From Promethearchaeota archaeon (GTDB taxonomy: Archaea > Asgardarchaeota > Lokiarchaeia > Sigyniarchaeales > SOKP01), in NCBI GenBank assembly GCA_016839745.1, contig JAEOTS010000004.1:1-64000 (forward strand): a stretch of DNA of 64,000 bases, given 5' to 3'. Below the pieces are notes generated by a model. The model saw nothing but the letters and a program-made list of their open reading frames with translations, was not told where the DNA came from and did no database searches. Shown here in pieces: positions 1-9,848 of the stretch. The first letter of the stretch is position 1. Every line of letters begins with the position of its first letter. The position numbers were made by a program, and so were the translations under genes.

Positions 1-530
1 GGCTTATTTGGGCTTGAATCTAAATATTTTAATGCTTTTTGAATGATATTATAATCGGCATCTTTTCCTTCCTCTTGTTCTCGTTTACCGAAATAAAAAG
101 ATTTCCTCAAATAATGATCTCTTGGAAAGGGATTATCTTTTAATAAACCTTCTCTGATAGGAATTCTCCTTGTAACGCTCGATTTTATACTCTTCTTATC
201 AAAAAGGTCGTTTCTCCCAATCCATATAACTTCATAACCATTTTCCTTAAGAAATTTAAATAAATTTTCTTCATATGGTTGTAATAATTGGTAAAGGCTT
301 CTATGGCTATTTGAGTGAACATATTGTCCCGTAAAAGTACAGCATCTAGAAGGTACGCACACGGGATTTACTGTAAAACATTTTGTAAAGGCAGCACCTT
401 CTTTTGCTAATTGGTCAATATTTGGTGTTTTAATAGCCGAATTATGCCTTTTTTCTAGAGATACAGTATCTCCCCTCATTTCATCAGCTACAAAAAGAAC
501 AATGTTCGGGAGCTCTTTATTTTCTGCCAT
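1..530 (-). CDS. Sulfatase (formylglycine-dependent family), N-terminal part; runs off the window edge
   Basis: Not in ORF track. Hand translation from ATG at 530: MAENKELPNIVLFVADEMRGD...KTPNIDQLAKEGAAFTKCFTVNPVCVPSRCCTFTGQY. Contains PNIVLFVAD, TPNIDxLAxEG and the CxPxR motif. Confidence 0.9.
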   Translation of the reverse strand, partial: MAENKELPNIVLFVADEMRGDTVSLEKRHNSAIKTPNIDQLAKEGAAFTKCFTVNPVCVPSRCCTFTGQYVHSNSHRSLYQLLQPYEENLFKFLKENGYEVIWIGRNDLFDKKSIKSSVTRRIPIREGLLKDNPFPRDHYLRKSFYFGKREQEEGKDADYNIIQKALKYLDSSPNK

Positions 531-613
531 AGTATACTCTTCATTTTTAATGTTTAAAAATTTATTATTAATAGATAATTTTGTTAAACAATATTAAAGA
601 TAAATGAATAATC

Positions 614-1777
614 ATGAATTCGAGAGAAAGAGTAGAAGTTACTTTAAATCATAAAGAACCAGATAAAGTACCAATTGACTTGGGAGGTAATCAATCGAGC
701 ATACATATTAAGGCATACAAAAAATTACTAAATTATCTTGAAATTGAAGATAAAAATATTCAATACGCTGACTTCGTACAGCAAATCGCGCGACCATGCG
801 ATCAAATCTTAGAGCGATTTGGAATCGATATAAGATATGTTCAACCTTTAGGAGGTATGGTTAGAGTTCAAGATATGGAACCTTTATACGAGGGTAAGTA
901 TGTTGGTGTTTACGATCAATTTGGCGTTTTCTGGGGAGATCGTGCTGAAAAAGATTTGGAGGATATCTTATATTACGATCCAGTTATTCACCCATTTGAA
1001 AATTTTACCGATATTAAAGAAGTTAAAAGTTATAATTGGCCTGATGGACGGGATAAAACACCATTTGAAGGATTAAAAGCTTACGCTAAAAAATTGCACA
1101 ACGATACACAATTTGCATTATCAACACCTCCAGTAGGTTGTGTTTACGAATATTGCACTTTCTTATTCGGGTTCACAAAAACGCTAAGATATTTGAGAAC
1201 AAAGCCAGAAATTATAGTCTCAGCTATGGAAGGGCTTCTAAAGTATTGGGTTGATTATGTTACAACTTTTTTAAACGAAGTAGGGAGATATTTAGATGTG
1301 GTATGTATTAATGGTGATCTTGCAGAGCAAGCGGGACCTATAATGAGCATTAGACTTTACGAAAAAATGATTAAACCATTAGAACGGAAACTTTCAGAGA
1401 AAATACATCAATTAGTAGATGCTAAAATAAATTACCATTCTTGTGGTGCTATAGCTCAATTCATTCCTCATTTTGCCGAAATTGGATATGATGTTGTTAA
1501 TCCTGTGCAAATTAGTGCATACGATATGGAACCATGTTCTTTAAAAAAAAGATTTGGGGAAACTATGTCCTTTTGGGGAGGTTTATGTAATTCTCAAAAG
1601 ACATTACCTTTTGGGTCTTCTGAACAAATTAGAGAAGAAGTAAAGAGGAATTTTGAGTGTTTAAAACCAGGAGGAGGTTTTGTTGCTTCCCCCATTCATA
1701 ATGTGACCGCCGAAGTTCCACCTCAAAACATTGTAGCTATGTTCGACGCCGCTCTTGAGTTTAGAAACTATAAATAA
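614..1777 (+). CDS. Uroporphyrinogen decarboxylase / MtaA-CmuA methyltransferase family protein
   Basis: MNSRERV...HKEPDKVPIDLGG N-terminus, HSCG Zn motif, LKPGGGFVASPIHNV...PPQNIVAM C-terminus. Confidence 0.85.
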   Translation: MNSRERVEVTLNHKEPDKVPIDLGGNQSSIHIKAYKKLLNYLEIEDKNIQYADFVQQIARPCDQILERFGIDIRYVQPLGGMVRVQDMEPLYEGKYVGVYDQFGVFWGDRAEKDLEDILYYDPVIHPFENFTDIKEVKSYNWPDGRDKTPFEGLKAYAKKLHNDTQFALSTPPVGCVYEYCTFLFGFTKTLRYLRTKPEIIVSAMEGLLKYWVDYVTTFLNEVGRYLDVVCINGDLAEQAGPIMSIRLYEKMIKPLERKLSEKIHQLVDAKINYHSCGAIAQFIPHFAEIGYDVVNPVQISAYDMEPCSLKKRFGETMSFWGGLCNSQKTLPFGSSEQIREEVKRNFECLKPGGGFVASPIHNVTAEVPPQNIVAMFDAALEFRNYK

Positions 1778-1827
1778 AAGAGTTTTAAGGATTTCATTAA
1801 TTTCGATATAATATCTATAGGTGAATT

Positions 1828-2691
1828 ATTGTAATAAACCAAAAATATAGAATTTTCGACGCCCATCTTCACACTTACGGGACTTTCCTTGGAAAGGATC
1901 AGGACATTTTAAGCTATTTGGATAACCACAATGTAGAGAAAGCAATTGTTACAACGGTAAATAGAGCTGCAAGTTCTAAAATCTACACTAACAATAATTT
2001 AAAAGAAAAAAATGAAAATTCTGAAGAAGATCTTGTTAAAAGAGCGTTCGAAAACTTAAGGAAGTTAATGCCCAAGGATCAGCTGGATCACCAAGATGTT
2101 ATTGATCTCTCAAATAGAGCTCCTGAAAGATTTTACAAATTTTTTTGGTTTAACCCTAAAATTAACTCTGAACAAGAAGAGCGCAGTTATAATATTTTAG
2201 AAAATCACTTCAAAAAGGGATTCTGTGGTGTTAAAGTCCATTCAGGGATTCATTTAGTAAAAATTCCTCGAGATATAATGAAACTGGCATCTTTTATACA
2301 AGGGTATAATAAAAGATTTCCATTATTCATCCACTTTACCCCCAAGTTTTCAGCTTTTGGAGGGATAAGTAGTAAAGATATAGCTCAACTGGCAAAAAGC
2401 TTTCCTGAATTACCAATAATAGTAGGACATGCCGGTTTAGCAATGGAATTTGCGATAGACTTTGGATTGAGCCTAAGGCAATTTAAAAATATATATTTTG
2501 AAACTTCTTGTTCCATTCCGTATGCTCTTTTAACGCTAGTCAAAACTGTTGGTCACCAAAGGCTATTATTCGGCTCAGATGCGCCCGTCACCAATCCCTT
2601 AAAGCTTGAAATTGATAAAATTTTAAGTTTACCCATATCGAATGATCAAAAGCAAGATATTTTCTATAACAATATTAACAGCTTAATTTGA
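1828..2691 (+). CDS. Amidohydrolase_2 family metallo-hydrolase; start probably upstream of the track's TTG at 1918
   Basis: In-frame upstream extension YRIFDAHLHTYG supplies the HxH metal motif; GVKVH, IIVGHAG, YFETS and LLFGSDAP follow. Exact start uncertain (1825-1834). Confidence 0.8.
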   Translation: MVINQKYRIFDAHLHTYGTFLGKDQDILSYLDNHNVEKAIVTTVNRAASSKIYTNNNLKEKNENSEEDLVKRAFENLRKLMPKDQLDHQDVIDLSNRAPERFYKFFWFNPKINSEQEERSYNILENHFKKGFCGVKVHSGIHLVKIPRDIMKLASFIQGYNKRFPLFIHFTPKFSAFGGISSKDIAQLAKSFPELPIIVGHAGLAMEFAIDFGLSLRQFKNIYFETSCSIPYALLTLVKTVGHQRLLFGSDAPVTNPLKLEIDKILSLPISNDQKQDIFYNNINSLI

Positions 2692-2894
2692 ACTAATGAT
2701 TTTTATATTTTCTAGATATTCTTCAAAATCTTCAACTGATAGATTATCACTCTTACTGAATTAATTTTTTATCGACTTCAAATTAGTTGTCGGAAAATTA
2801 ATTTGGAATTAAGTCAATTATTTTTGTTTTAATAATATAATATATAAGGGTAATTGTGTAACTTATAACTATAATTAAGTAAAAAATTAATTGA

Positions 2895-3455
2895 GTGGAT
2901 AGTGTGAAAAATTTAGGGGATGATAAACACTACACAGAAAGCAATAATTATGATGTAGTAGAACTTTCAAAAGTTAACGACAAAATTATTAAAAAGCTTT
3001 TAGATTATCTGAAATATGATATATCGGATAAATTTTTCATTTCTTTTGAAAGTCTATTAAAATTAGGGGATAAAGTACCAGAGGCAACAATTAAAAATAT
3101 TATAAATGAACTAGACCAAACTCATAATTTCAAGAAGGAATTATTTCAATTTATTTTGAACTTTACAAAGGATGATACTGTTGAATATCATTTGTTACCC
3201 CAGATTTATAGCCCAGATTTTATTATAAGGGCACGAGCAATAATGAAGATTAAAGAAAACAATGATGTTCGATATCTTAAGTTCCTACTTCCTCTCTTAG
3301 ATGACCCTGACGATTCTGTTAGATGGAGTGTAATAAAATTCTTATCCCAACATATATATAATCCAATAATCTATAATGAACTGAAAAAACATCAAAATAA
3401 GGAGTTAAATCCTATTATTTCTGAAAATTTGAAAGAAGTATTTGATACGGAATAA
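2895..3455 (+). CDS. HEAT-repeat protein
   Basis: IRARAIMKI...LLPLLDDPDDSVRWSVIKFL HEAT-like repeats. Confidence 0.75.
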   Translation: MDSVKNLGDDKHYTESNNYDVVELSKVNDKIIKKLLDYLKYDISDKFFISFESLLKLGDKVPEATIKNIINELDQTHNFKKELFQFILNFTKDDTVEYHLLPQIYSPDFIIRARAIMKIKENNDVRYLKFLLPLLDDPDDSVRWSVIKFLSQHIYNPIIYNELKKHQNKELNPIISENLKEVFDTE

Positions 3456-3660
3456 AGACTATTTTTTTATATATCTTATTCTTTTTTAAATTATCCTCTA
3501 TCTAATTTGTTCTTTTATTTTAAATTTTTAATAAAAAGTAAAGAATTAAAAAAGAGAGTTTTAATTATATAAATAGGATTTAAGACCCAATATATAAAAT
3601 TTAAAATAAAATCTAATCAACAAGGTTGAAGGGACAAAAAAAAATAAAAAGGTGTAAAAG

Positions 3661-4191
3661 ATATCGTCGTATGATTATACATTTAAGATTTTACTTCTTG
3701 GTGATGCTTCTGTAGGGAAAACTTCCTTTACTAAGCGATATTGCTATAATGTCTTCAATCCCAGCGAAAGGTTAACAATCGGAGTAGATTTTCATGTAAA
3801 AACCATTGAATTACATGGAGAAAAGATAAAACTCCAGATCTGGGACGTTGGAGGCGAAGAACGCTTCAGATTTTTATTACCTACATACTGTTTAGGAGCA
3901 AATGCTGCATTTTTACTGTATGATGTTACCCGATCTCAAACGCTAGATAATATTAGTGAATGGACAAATATAGTTAACCAAAAAGCCGGAGATATTCCCA
4001 TCATGCTTGTTGGGTCTAAAATCGATCTTGAGGAGGATCAACGCGAAGTTCCTCGAGAGCATGGTATAGATGTAGCAGAAAAGAATAGCATGGCTTCATT
4101 TGGTGAAATTTCAAGTAAAACTGGCCAGAATGTAAATAAAACATTTGAGGTTTTAACCGAACTTACATTAGAAAGAACTCAAAATAGGTGA
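3661..4191 (+). CDS. Rab-like small GTPase (Ras superfamily, eukaryotic signature protein), 176 aa; the track shows only the C-terminal 62 aa
   Basis: Frame open from 3658: ISSYDYTFKILLLGDASVGKTS (G1), TIGVDF (G2/RabF1), KLQIWDVGGEERFR (G3), YCLGA, LLYDVT, GSKID (G4), EISSK (G5). Confidence 0.92.
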   Translation: MSSYDYTFKILLLGDASVGKTSFTKRYCYNVFNPSERLTIGVDFHVKTIELHGEKIKLQIWDVGGEERFRFLLPTYCLGANAAFLLYDVTRSQTLDNISEWTNIVNQKAGDIPIMLVGSKIDLEEDQREVPREHGIDVAEKNSMASFGEISSKTGQNVNKTFEVLTELTLERTQNR

Positions 4192-4195
4192 TTGA

Positions 4196-5158
4196 ATGTC
4201 CGAACGCGAATTTCTAGCTCTCAGCTCTCTATTTGATGCGATAGGAGTTATCGAAAAAGGTATAGAGAAAATATACCACTATTTACTACAACACAAAAGA
4301 ATTGATAACTTAAATGAGGTTAGCACGCAATTTAATCTAACCTTAAAGAGAGGCTATAAAATTTGCGCAGTATTGAACGATTTAGGACTCGTTCAAATAT
4401 ATGACCGACCGATGAAGATTTTAGCAAAAAGTCCACCTATAGCGATTTGGCAGAGAATTATAAATGACCGAATTGAGGCGTTATCACAACTTTTTCAGGA
4501 AAGGAAAGAAAAAGCCGAAAGTGCGTTAGAAGATTTCATACAAAATTATAGTTTTACTGAACAAGTAACTCAAGAATTCGTTGAATTTATCAATTACGAC
4601 TTAAATAACTTCGATGAAACATATATTTCTTTTATGGCAGAAAAGGAATGTAAGATTGCGTTAGGAATTAGATACGAAAACGAACTAAGTTCAGTGATTA
4701 AAAAATATGGGATCTCAAATTTACCAGAAGATTTAAATGATGCTATGAAATCAGGAATGACAAAAATCAGAGAAAATCTATTCAATGTAGACATTCAGGC
4801 TATATTTAGTACTGAGTTAATTAAAGAATTGTTATTAAGCGAGGAATTTAAGCTGGTCTCTAATTATCTTGCTTTATATGACCTAAAATTTAAGAATATT
4901 GATGTCAGGGTCACAGACGAGGATTTTAGTAATTTTAATCTCACTGATAGCGAATTAATCCAACCTAGTTTCGATCCAACGAATAAATTAATTGGAGCTT
5001 ACATTTCTCGAAATGCCAACATATTCCAAATCTTTTACGAGAAATTTAATGAATTATACGAAAAGGGAATTCCCCTAACTCAATTTTTAAAAGAACAAAA
5101 AGAGATTAAAGACGAATCTTATTCTAAAACCCAGTTATTTGGATTATGCTTGTTGTAA
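4196..5158 (+). CDS. TrmB-like transcriptional regulator (N-terminal winged HTH, coiled coil, C-terminal effector-like domain)
   Basis: KIYHYLL...NEVSTQFNLTLKRGYKICAVLNDLGLVQIYDRPMK...SPP resembles the TrmB N-terminus. SD AGGTGA; 4 nt after the GTPase stop. Confidence 0.65.
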   Translation: MSEREFLALSSLFDAIGVIEKGIEKIYHYLLQHKRIDNLNEVSTQFNLTLKRGYKICAVLNDLGLVQIYDRPMKILAKSPPIAIWQRIINDRIEALSQLFQERKEKAESALEDFIQNYSFTEQVTQEFVEFINYDLNNFDETYISFMAEKECKIALGIRYENELSSVIKKYGISNLPEDLNDAMKSGMTKIRENLFNVDIQAIFSTELIKELLLSEEFKLVSNYLALYDLKFKNIDVRVTDEDFSNFNLTDSELIQPSFDPTNKLIGAYISRNANIFQIFYEKFNELYEKGIPLTQFLKEQKEIKDESYSKTQLFGLCLL

Positions 5159-5217
5159 AATAAAACGAATAGAAATAATACTTTCAAAAATAAAAAAAAA
5201 TAGTGTTTATTTAATTC

Positions 5218-5655
5218 TTAATCATATCTTTTGTATGTGAAGATTAACCAGAGAAATCCGAAAACGCCAACGATTGCAGCAACGATTGTGATATAATTTG
5301 GCCAATATGCAGCGTCAAAAGATCCTGGTGCAGATATCCATCCTATTATTGCAGTAATGCCAACTGCTGCCATTATGCTAAGAACAACCAATCCCATTCC
5401 CATCGCATATTCTTCTTCTCTAAACATGCCTATTCCAGATACTAAGCACCAGAAACCTAACAATAACGAAACTATTCCTTGACCTCCAAAAATGGAGAGT
5501 GCTTCATCAACTCCCGTTCCTGTAAGCCACGCTGGAGTGTAAATACCTGCCCAGGCTAATAATTCCATCACAGCTTTAAAGATAAATAATAAGCCAATTA
5601 TTATCATTAAAAAATTTAGAAGTTCGTTCGAATCTTTCTTCTTTTGTTCACTCAT
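5218..5655 (-). CDS. Four-TM membrane protein of unknown function
   Basis: Four hydrophobic segments in 145 aa. Confidence 0.75.
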   Translation of the reverse strand: MSEQKKKDSNELLNFLMIIIGLLFIFKAVMELLAWAGIYTPAWLTGTGVDEALSIFGGQGIVSLLLGFWCLVSGIGMFREEEYAMGMGLVVLSIMAAVGITAIIGWISAPGSFDAAYWPNYITIVAAIVGVFGFLWLIFTYKRYD

Positions 5656-5856
5656 TTTTTGATAAACCTTTTTATTTTTAATTAAGATTAGATGTTGAGT
5701 ATGAAAATAACTTCCTACATATATAAATTTAATTTATTGAGATTATAAACCCGATAATAAATGTGTCCAAGTTTTGATAGGTATAATTAAGTAAAATTAT
5801 TTAAATTCTAAAGACAAATTAGAGTAAACTACATCGCATTTTAGATTTAATTAAAA

Positions 5857-6843
5857 ATGGAAAAGTTTTTATCACCAGAAACAATATACGCTGGCGTGAA
5901 AAGTAAAGAGATTAGTAAAAATATCGCTGCTGATCAATTAATTTCTTTAATTGAAGGAAGTAATATTCCAAAGATTCGTTCTGAATCAATTTCCATTTTG
6001 AGTAAAATAAATATTCGTGATTCTAGAATTTTCAAAATAATAGAAAACTCTCTTTTATCGGATGAGTCTTCATTTGTAAGAAGTTCCGCTGTGAATCTTA
6101 TTGGGTGCAACTTTTTAAAAGAAGGATTAGATATACTAACATGGGTGGTACGACATGACAAATCACCACAAGTAATAAAAGCCATTTTTGATCTGAATTT
6201 GGATCTTGCTAATACGCATTTAAAGTCATTAAAAAAAGAGTTAGACAATTATTTAGAGAAAATTGCTTTAGCTATTGGGATTGTTCATAATGAGGCGAAG
6301 TTTATTTTAGATTTAGAGGGAAAATTTGCTTGCACAGAAGAAAAATATGAACTCGAGTTAGGATCTTACAAGTTATTTACAAAGCTCAAAGATCAAAAAC
6401 TAGGAGAATTTTGGTTGACAATAAAAAAGAAACACATTGAAGCTTTGAGCTTTAATTATTTTAATTGGAGATATTTGAAACAAAATCCTAGTGTGTTTGA
6501 TTCTATATTTAATTTACAGGATCCCATTGTATACTTAAATCTACTAAGAAAATTTCATTTAAGCCATATAATCGATTTTTTAATACCGGAATCAATGTCT
6601 CTCCTTACAAAACTTAAAAAATTAAATCTAAGCAAAAATAATATTCGATTTTTACCAAAATCAATGTTTTTACTTTCTAATCTTAAATATTTGGATTTAA
6701 GTTATAACATGTTGAGTGAAATACCAGAAGAAATCACGAATTTAAAATTTTTAAATACATTAAGAATTCATAATAATCAAATTAGTGAAATTCCTAAAGC
6801 TTTAAGTGCTTATTTAGATAGACTTAGCAATTATAAGATTTAA
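5857..6843 (+). CDS. HEAT + leucine-rich-repeat protein
   Basis: N-terminal LLSDESSFVRSSAVNLI and three C-terminal LxxLxLxxNxIxxLP repeats. Confidence 0.85.
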   Translation: MEKFLSPETIYAGVKSKEISKNIAADQLISLIEGSNIPKIRSESISILSKINIRDSRIFKIIENSLLSDESSFVRSSAVNLIGCNFLKEGLDILTWVVRHDKSPQVIKAIFDLNLDLANTHLKSLKKELDNYLEKIALAIGIVHNEAKFILDLEGKFACTEEKYELELGSYKLFTKLKDQKLGEFWLTIKKKHIEALSFNYFNWRYLKQNPSVFDSIFNLQDPIVYLNLLRKFHLSHIIDFLIPESMSLLTKLKKLNLSKNNIRFLPKSMFLLSNLKYLDLSYNMLSEIPEEITNLKFLNTLRIHNNQISEIPKALSAYLDRLSNYKI

Positions 6844-6932
6844 TCTTCTTTACATTTTTGTTAAGGTTAATTATTTAAACAATAAAATCTAATTCTAAAA
6901 TCAATATACCAATTTAAGAAAAAGGTTTTAAA

Positions 6933-8645
6933 ATGAGTGAAGAAAAGAAATTGATTAATGGTGGGGATGTTTTAATTAAATGTTTGCTAAAAGAGAATGT
7001 AAAGTATCTTTTTGGAGTTCCAGGTGGCCAATTCTTAAACATGTATGATGCTATTTACAACTGGGGGCGAGAAGCCGGAATAGAAACAATTTTATTCAGA
7101 CATGAGGCAGCAGCAGCACATGCAGCTGATGCATGGGCGCGAGTAACAAACACCCCGGGAATATGTTTTGGAACTGTAGGTCCTGGGGCAACTAATTTAA
7201 TTTCTGGGGTAGGAGCTGCCTGGGCTGACAATATACCTGTGATTGCAATCGTACCTCAAGTTAATTCTGAGTTCCAAGACTCTTTTACTTTACAGGGTAG
7301 TCTTGATCAAATTACAATGTACAAACCAATTACAAAATATCAAAAAAGTATTCGAAAGCTTAAAGAGATTCCAGATGCTGTCCATAAAGCATTTAGAGAA
7401 TCCTTAAGTGGGCGTCCTCAACCTGTTTTATTAGAAATATTTGAAGATGCTTTTCTTGAAGAGATCGACGAAAACGAAATAGATGTATTAAACAAAGAAA
7501 AATATCGAGCTTTAGGAATGCCAGCTATAAGGGATGAAACAATTGAAAAGGCTTTAGATCTTATAAAAAAGGCTGAAAAACCATTAATAATTTCCGGGGG
7601 AGGTGTTTCTCGAGCAGAAGCTTGGAATGAATTGGAAGAATTTGTTGACTACTTACAGTTACCTCTAATAACATCAAGTAGTGGGATTGGAACATTATCA
7701 AAAAACCCACAATACCTGTTTGGAACAGGAATCGCGGGTATGGGTTTAAAAATAATCCCCGAAGCAGATGTTGTCGTTGCTCTTGGATGTAAGTTTTCTT
7801 GGACTATGGCTCATGGGGAAGAGCCTTTTTGGAAGAACTCTCAAACATTAATCCAAGTAGACATTGACCCTTCAATAATTGGGCGTGCAAAGCCAATTAG
7901 CTTAGGAATTATTGGTGATTGTAAACAATTTTTAGCTCAAATCCTTGAAAAAGTAAAACAGGGTGATAGAGTAGAAACGAGAGAATGGTTGGAAGAATTG
8001 AAAACAACTCGGCAAAATATAATCGAGAAATTAAAAAAGAAATTGGTAAAAGATAAAATACCGATTGCTCCTAAAAGACTAATAAAAGATATATTTGAAG
8101 CTATGGATGAAGATGCTATATTAATTCTTGATGGTGGAGATATATCAGTCTCTGCAGCCGAACAAATATATGACTATAATATCCGAAAACCACTCTCAAC
8201 ACTAGCAGCTACTGGAATGGGGCAATTAGGTACTGCAGTCCCTTACGGAATTGGTGCTAAGTTAGCAAAACCGGACAAACAAGTGGTTGCTATAGCAGGA
8301 GATGGAGCATTTTTGATAAATATTCAAGATTTAGAAACAGCAGTTAGATTACATCTTAAAAATCTCGTATATGTGGTCGCAAATAACGACGCCTGGGGGA
8401 TGATTAAATCAGGACAGAAGTTATTTAAGGGGAAACGCTTTATTGATGTAGACCTTCCCGCATTTGATTTTGCAAAATGTGCAGAAGCTTTTGGTTGCTA
8501 CGGAGAGGTTGTAACTGATCCAAATGAAATTAAACCTGCTTTTGAGAGAGCAAAGAATTCTGGGAAACCAGCAATTCTAGACGTAAAGATTGGATTTCAA
8601 ACTCCTGATACAACCAAACTAATGGGAGCCATGGGAATACTTTAA
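6933..8645 (+). CDS. Thiamine-diphosphate-dependent enzyme (acetolactate synthase / 2-hydroxyacyl-CoA lyase-like)
   Basis: FGVPGG, RHE, GPGATN and the GDGAF...NNDAWGM ThDP motif. Confidence 0.9.
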   Translation: MSEEKKLINGGDVLIKCLLKENVKYLFGVPGGQFLNMYDAIYNWGREAGIETILFRHEAAAAHAADAWARVTNTPGICFGTVGPGATNLISGVGAAWADNIPVIAIVPQVNSEFQDSFTLQGSLDQITMYKPITKYQKSIRKLKEIPDAVHKAFRESLSGRPQPVLLEIFEDAFLEEIDENEIDVLNKEKYRALGMPAIRDETIEKALDLIKKAEKPLIISGGGVSRAEAWNELEEFVDYLQLPLITSSSGIGTLSKNPQYLFGTGIAGMGLKIIPEADVVVALGCKFSWTMAHGEEPFWKNSQTLIQVDIDPSIIGRAKPISLGIIGDCKQFLAQILEKVKQGDRVETREWLEELKTTRQNIIEKLKKKLVKDKIPIAPKRLIKDIFEAMDEDAILILDGGDISVSAAEQIYDYNIRKPLSTLAATGMGQLGTAVPYGIGAKLAKPDKQVVAIAGDGAFLINIQDLETAVRLHLKNLVYVVANNDAWGMIKSGQKLFKGKRFIDVDLPAFDFAKCAEAFGCYGEVVTDPNEIKPAFERAKNSGKPAILDVKIGFQTPDTTKLMGAMGIL

Positions 8646-8669
8646 TGATTAATAAAAGGTGTTAAAATA

Positions 8670-9680
8670 ATGAGAGGCGCTTATTTTTCAGAAGTTCATA
8701 AAATAGAAATAAAGGATTTACCTAAGCCCGAAATCTCCGCAGATGAGGTTTTGATAAGAGTAAAGATATGTGGCATATGTGGTTCTGATGTTGGATCTTA
8801 CTTGACAGGAGCCATGGAATCACAACAGATAATATTAGGTCATGAATTTTCAGGAGAAATTGCAGAAATTGGTGATAAAGTCAAAAAAATGAAAATCGGG
8901 GACCGTATTACCGTAAATCCTAATGTACCCTGTTTAGATTGTTATTATTGCAGACATGGTTTGGAGAATATGTGTATTTTCCATACAATTGGAGTCACTC
9001 ACGACGGCGCACTATCTGAATACGTGAAAATTAGAGCTGATAGAATACATAAGTTACCAGAATCGGTTTCCTTTGAGGAAGGAGCAATGGTCGAACCGTT
9101 AGCAATCGGAGTGCAAGCGGTTAGGAATTCTGGGTTTAAAGTTGGAGACACTACCGCGGTTTTTGGGGCTGGTCCAATAGGATTAATAACTATTCAAGTA
9201 CTAAATGCAGCAGGAGCAAGTAAAATATATGTAATCGAACCAATTGAAGCTAAACAACAATTAGCATTAAAATTGGGAGCAGATAAAGTTTTTGGTCCAA
9301 AATTGTGGGGTAAAATCACAAAACTAACAAATAAAATAGGACCAGATTATGTGTATGATTGTGTCGGTTTGCCGGAAACAATAATGAATTCGATGCAACT
9401 GGTTAGGAATGGTGGTACAATCATGATGATTGGAACTCACTCGGAACCGTTTGAGATGAATGGTTTCCTCCAATTTATGTCTAAAAATATTACGATGATA
9501 GGCATGTATCTTGTAGATCAAGAATCGGTTAGCACGGCTCTCAATTTGATTGAGCAGAAAAAGGTTAATGTTCTACCTTTGATTACTAAACGAATAAAAC
9601 TTGATGAGGTTCCTAACGCAATTGAAGATTTATCAAAAGGATTACATGACGATATAAAGATCATGGTTGAGATAGAATAA
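8670..9680 (+). CDS. Zn-dependent medium-chain alcohol/polyol dehydrogenase
   Basis: CGICGSD, GHEFSG, structural-Zn CxxCxxCx7C and GAGPIG. Confidence 0.92.
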   Translation: MRGAYFSEVHKIEIKDLPKPEISADEVLIRVKICGICGSDVGSYLTGAMESQQIILGHEFSGEIAEIGDKVKKMKIGDRITVNPNVPCLDCYYCRHGLENMCIFHTIGVTHDGALSEYVKIRADRIHKLPESVSFEEGAMVEPLAIGVQAVRNSGFKVGDTTAVFGAGPIGLITIQVLNAAGASKIYVIEPIEAKQQLALKLGADKVFGPKLWGKITKLTNKIGPDYVYDCVGLPETIMNSMQLVRNGGTIMMIGTHSEPFEMNGFLQFMSKNITMIGMYLVDQESVSTALNLIEQKKVNVLPLITKRIKLDEVPNAIEDLSKGLHDDIKIMVEIE

Positions 9681-9762
9681 TTCTTTAATTTTTTAACTAT
9701 TTTTTTTCTTTTTTTAATATAATAATTATAACCTAATGCCCTCTTTTCATAGATTTAATTTA

Positions 9763-9828
9763 ATGAATTTAGTAAATATTTATAAATTCATGTAACAATA
9801 AATAAGATATTCACCAAATTTGTGAATA
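9763..9828 (+). promoter_or_regulatory. TATA box (9779-9786) overlapped and followed by inverted repeats; candidate operators of the acyl-CoA ligase gene
   Basis: ATGAATTTA-N11-TAAATTCAT (9763-9791) and TATTCAC-N7-GTGAATA (9808-9828). Confidence 0.4.
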
Positions 9829-9848
9829 AAAATTAAGAGGTTAATCTA

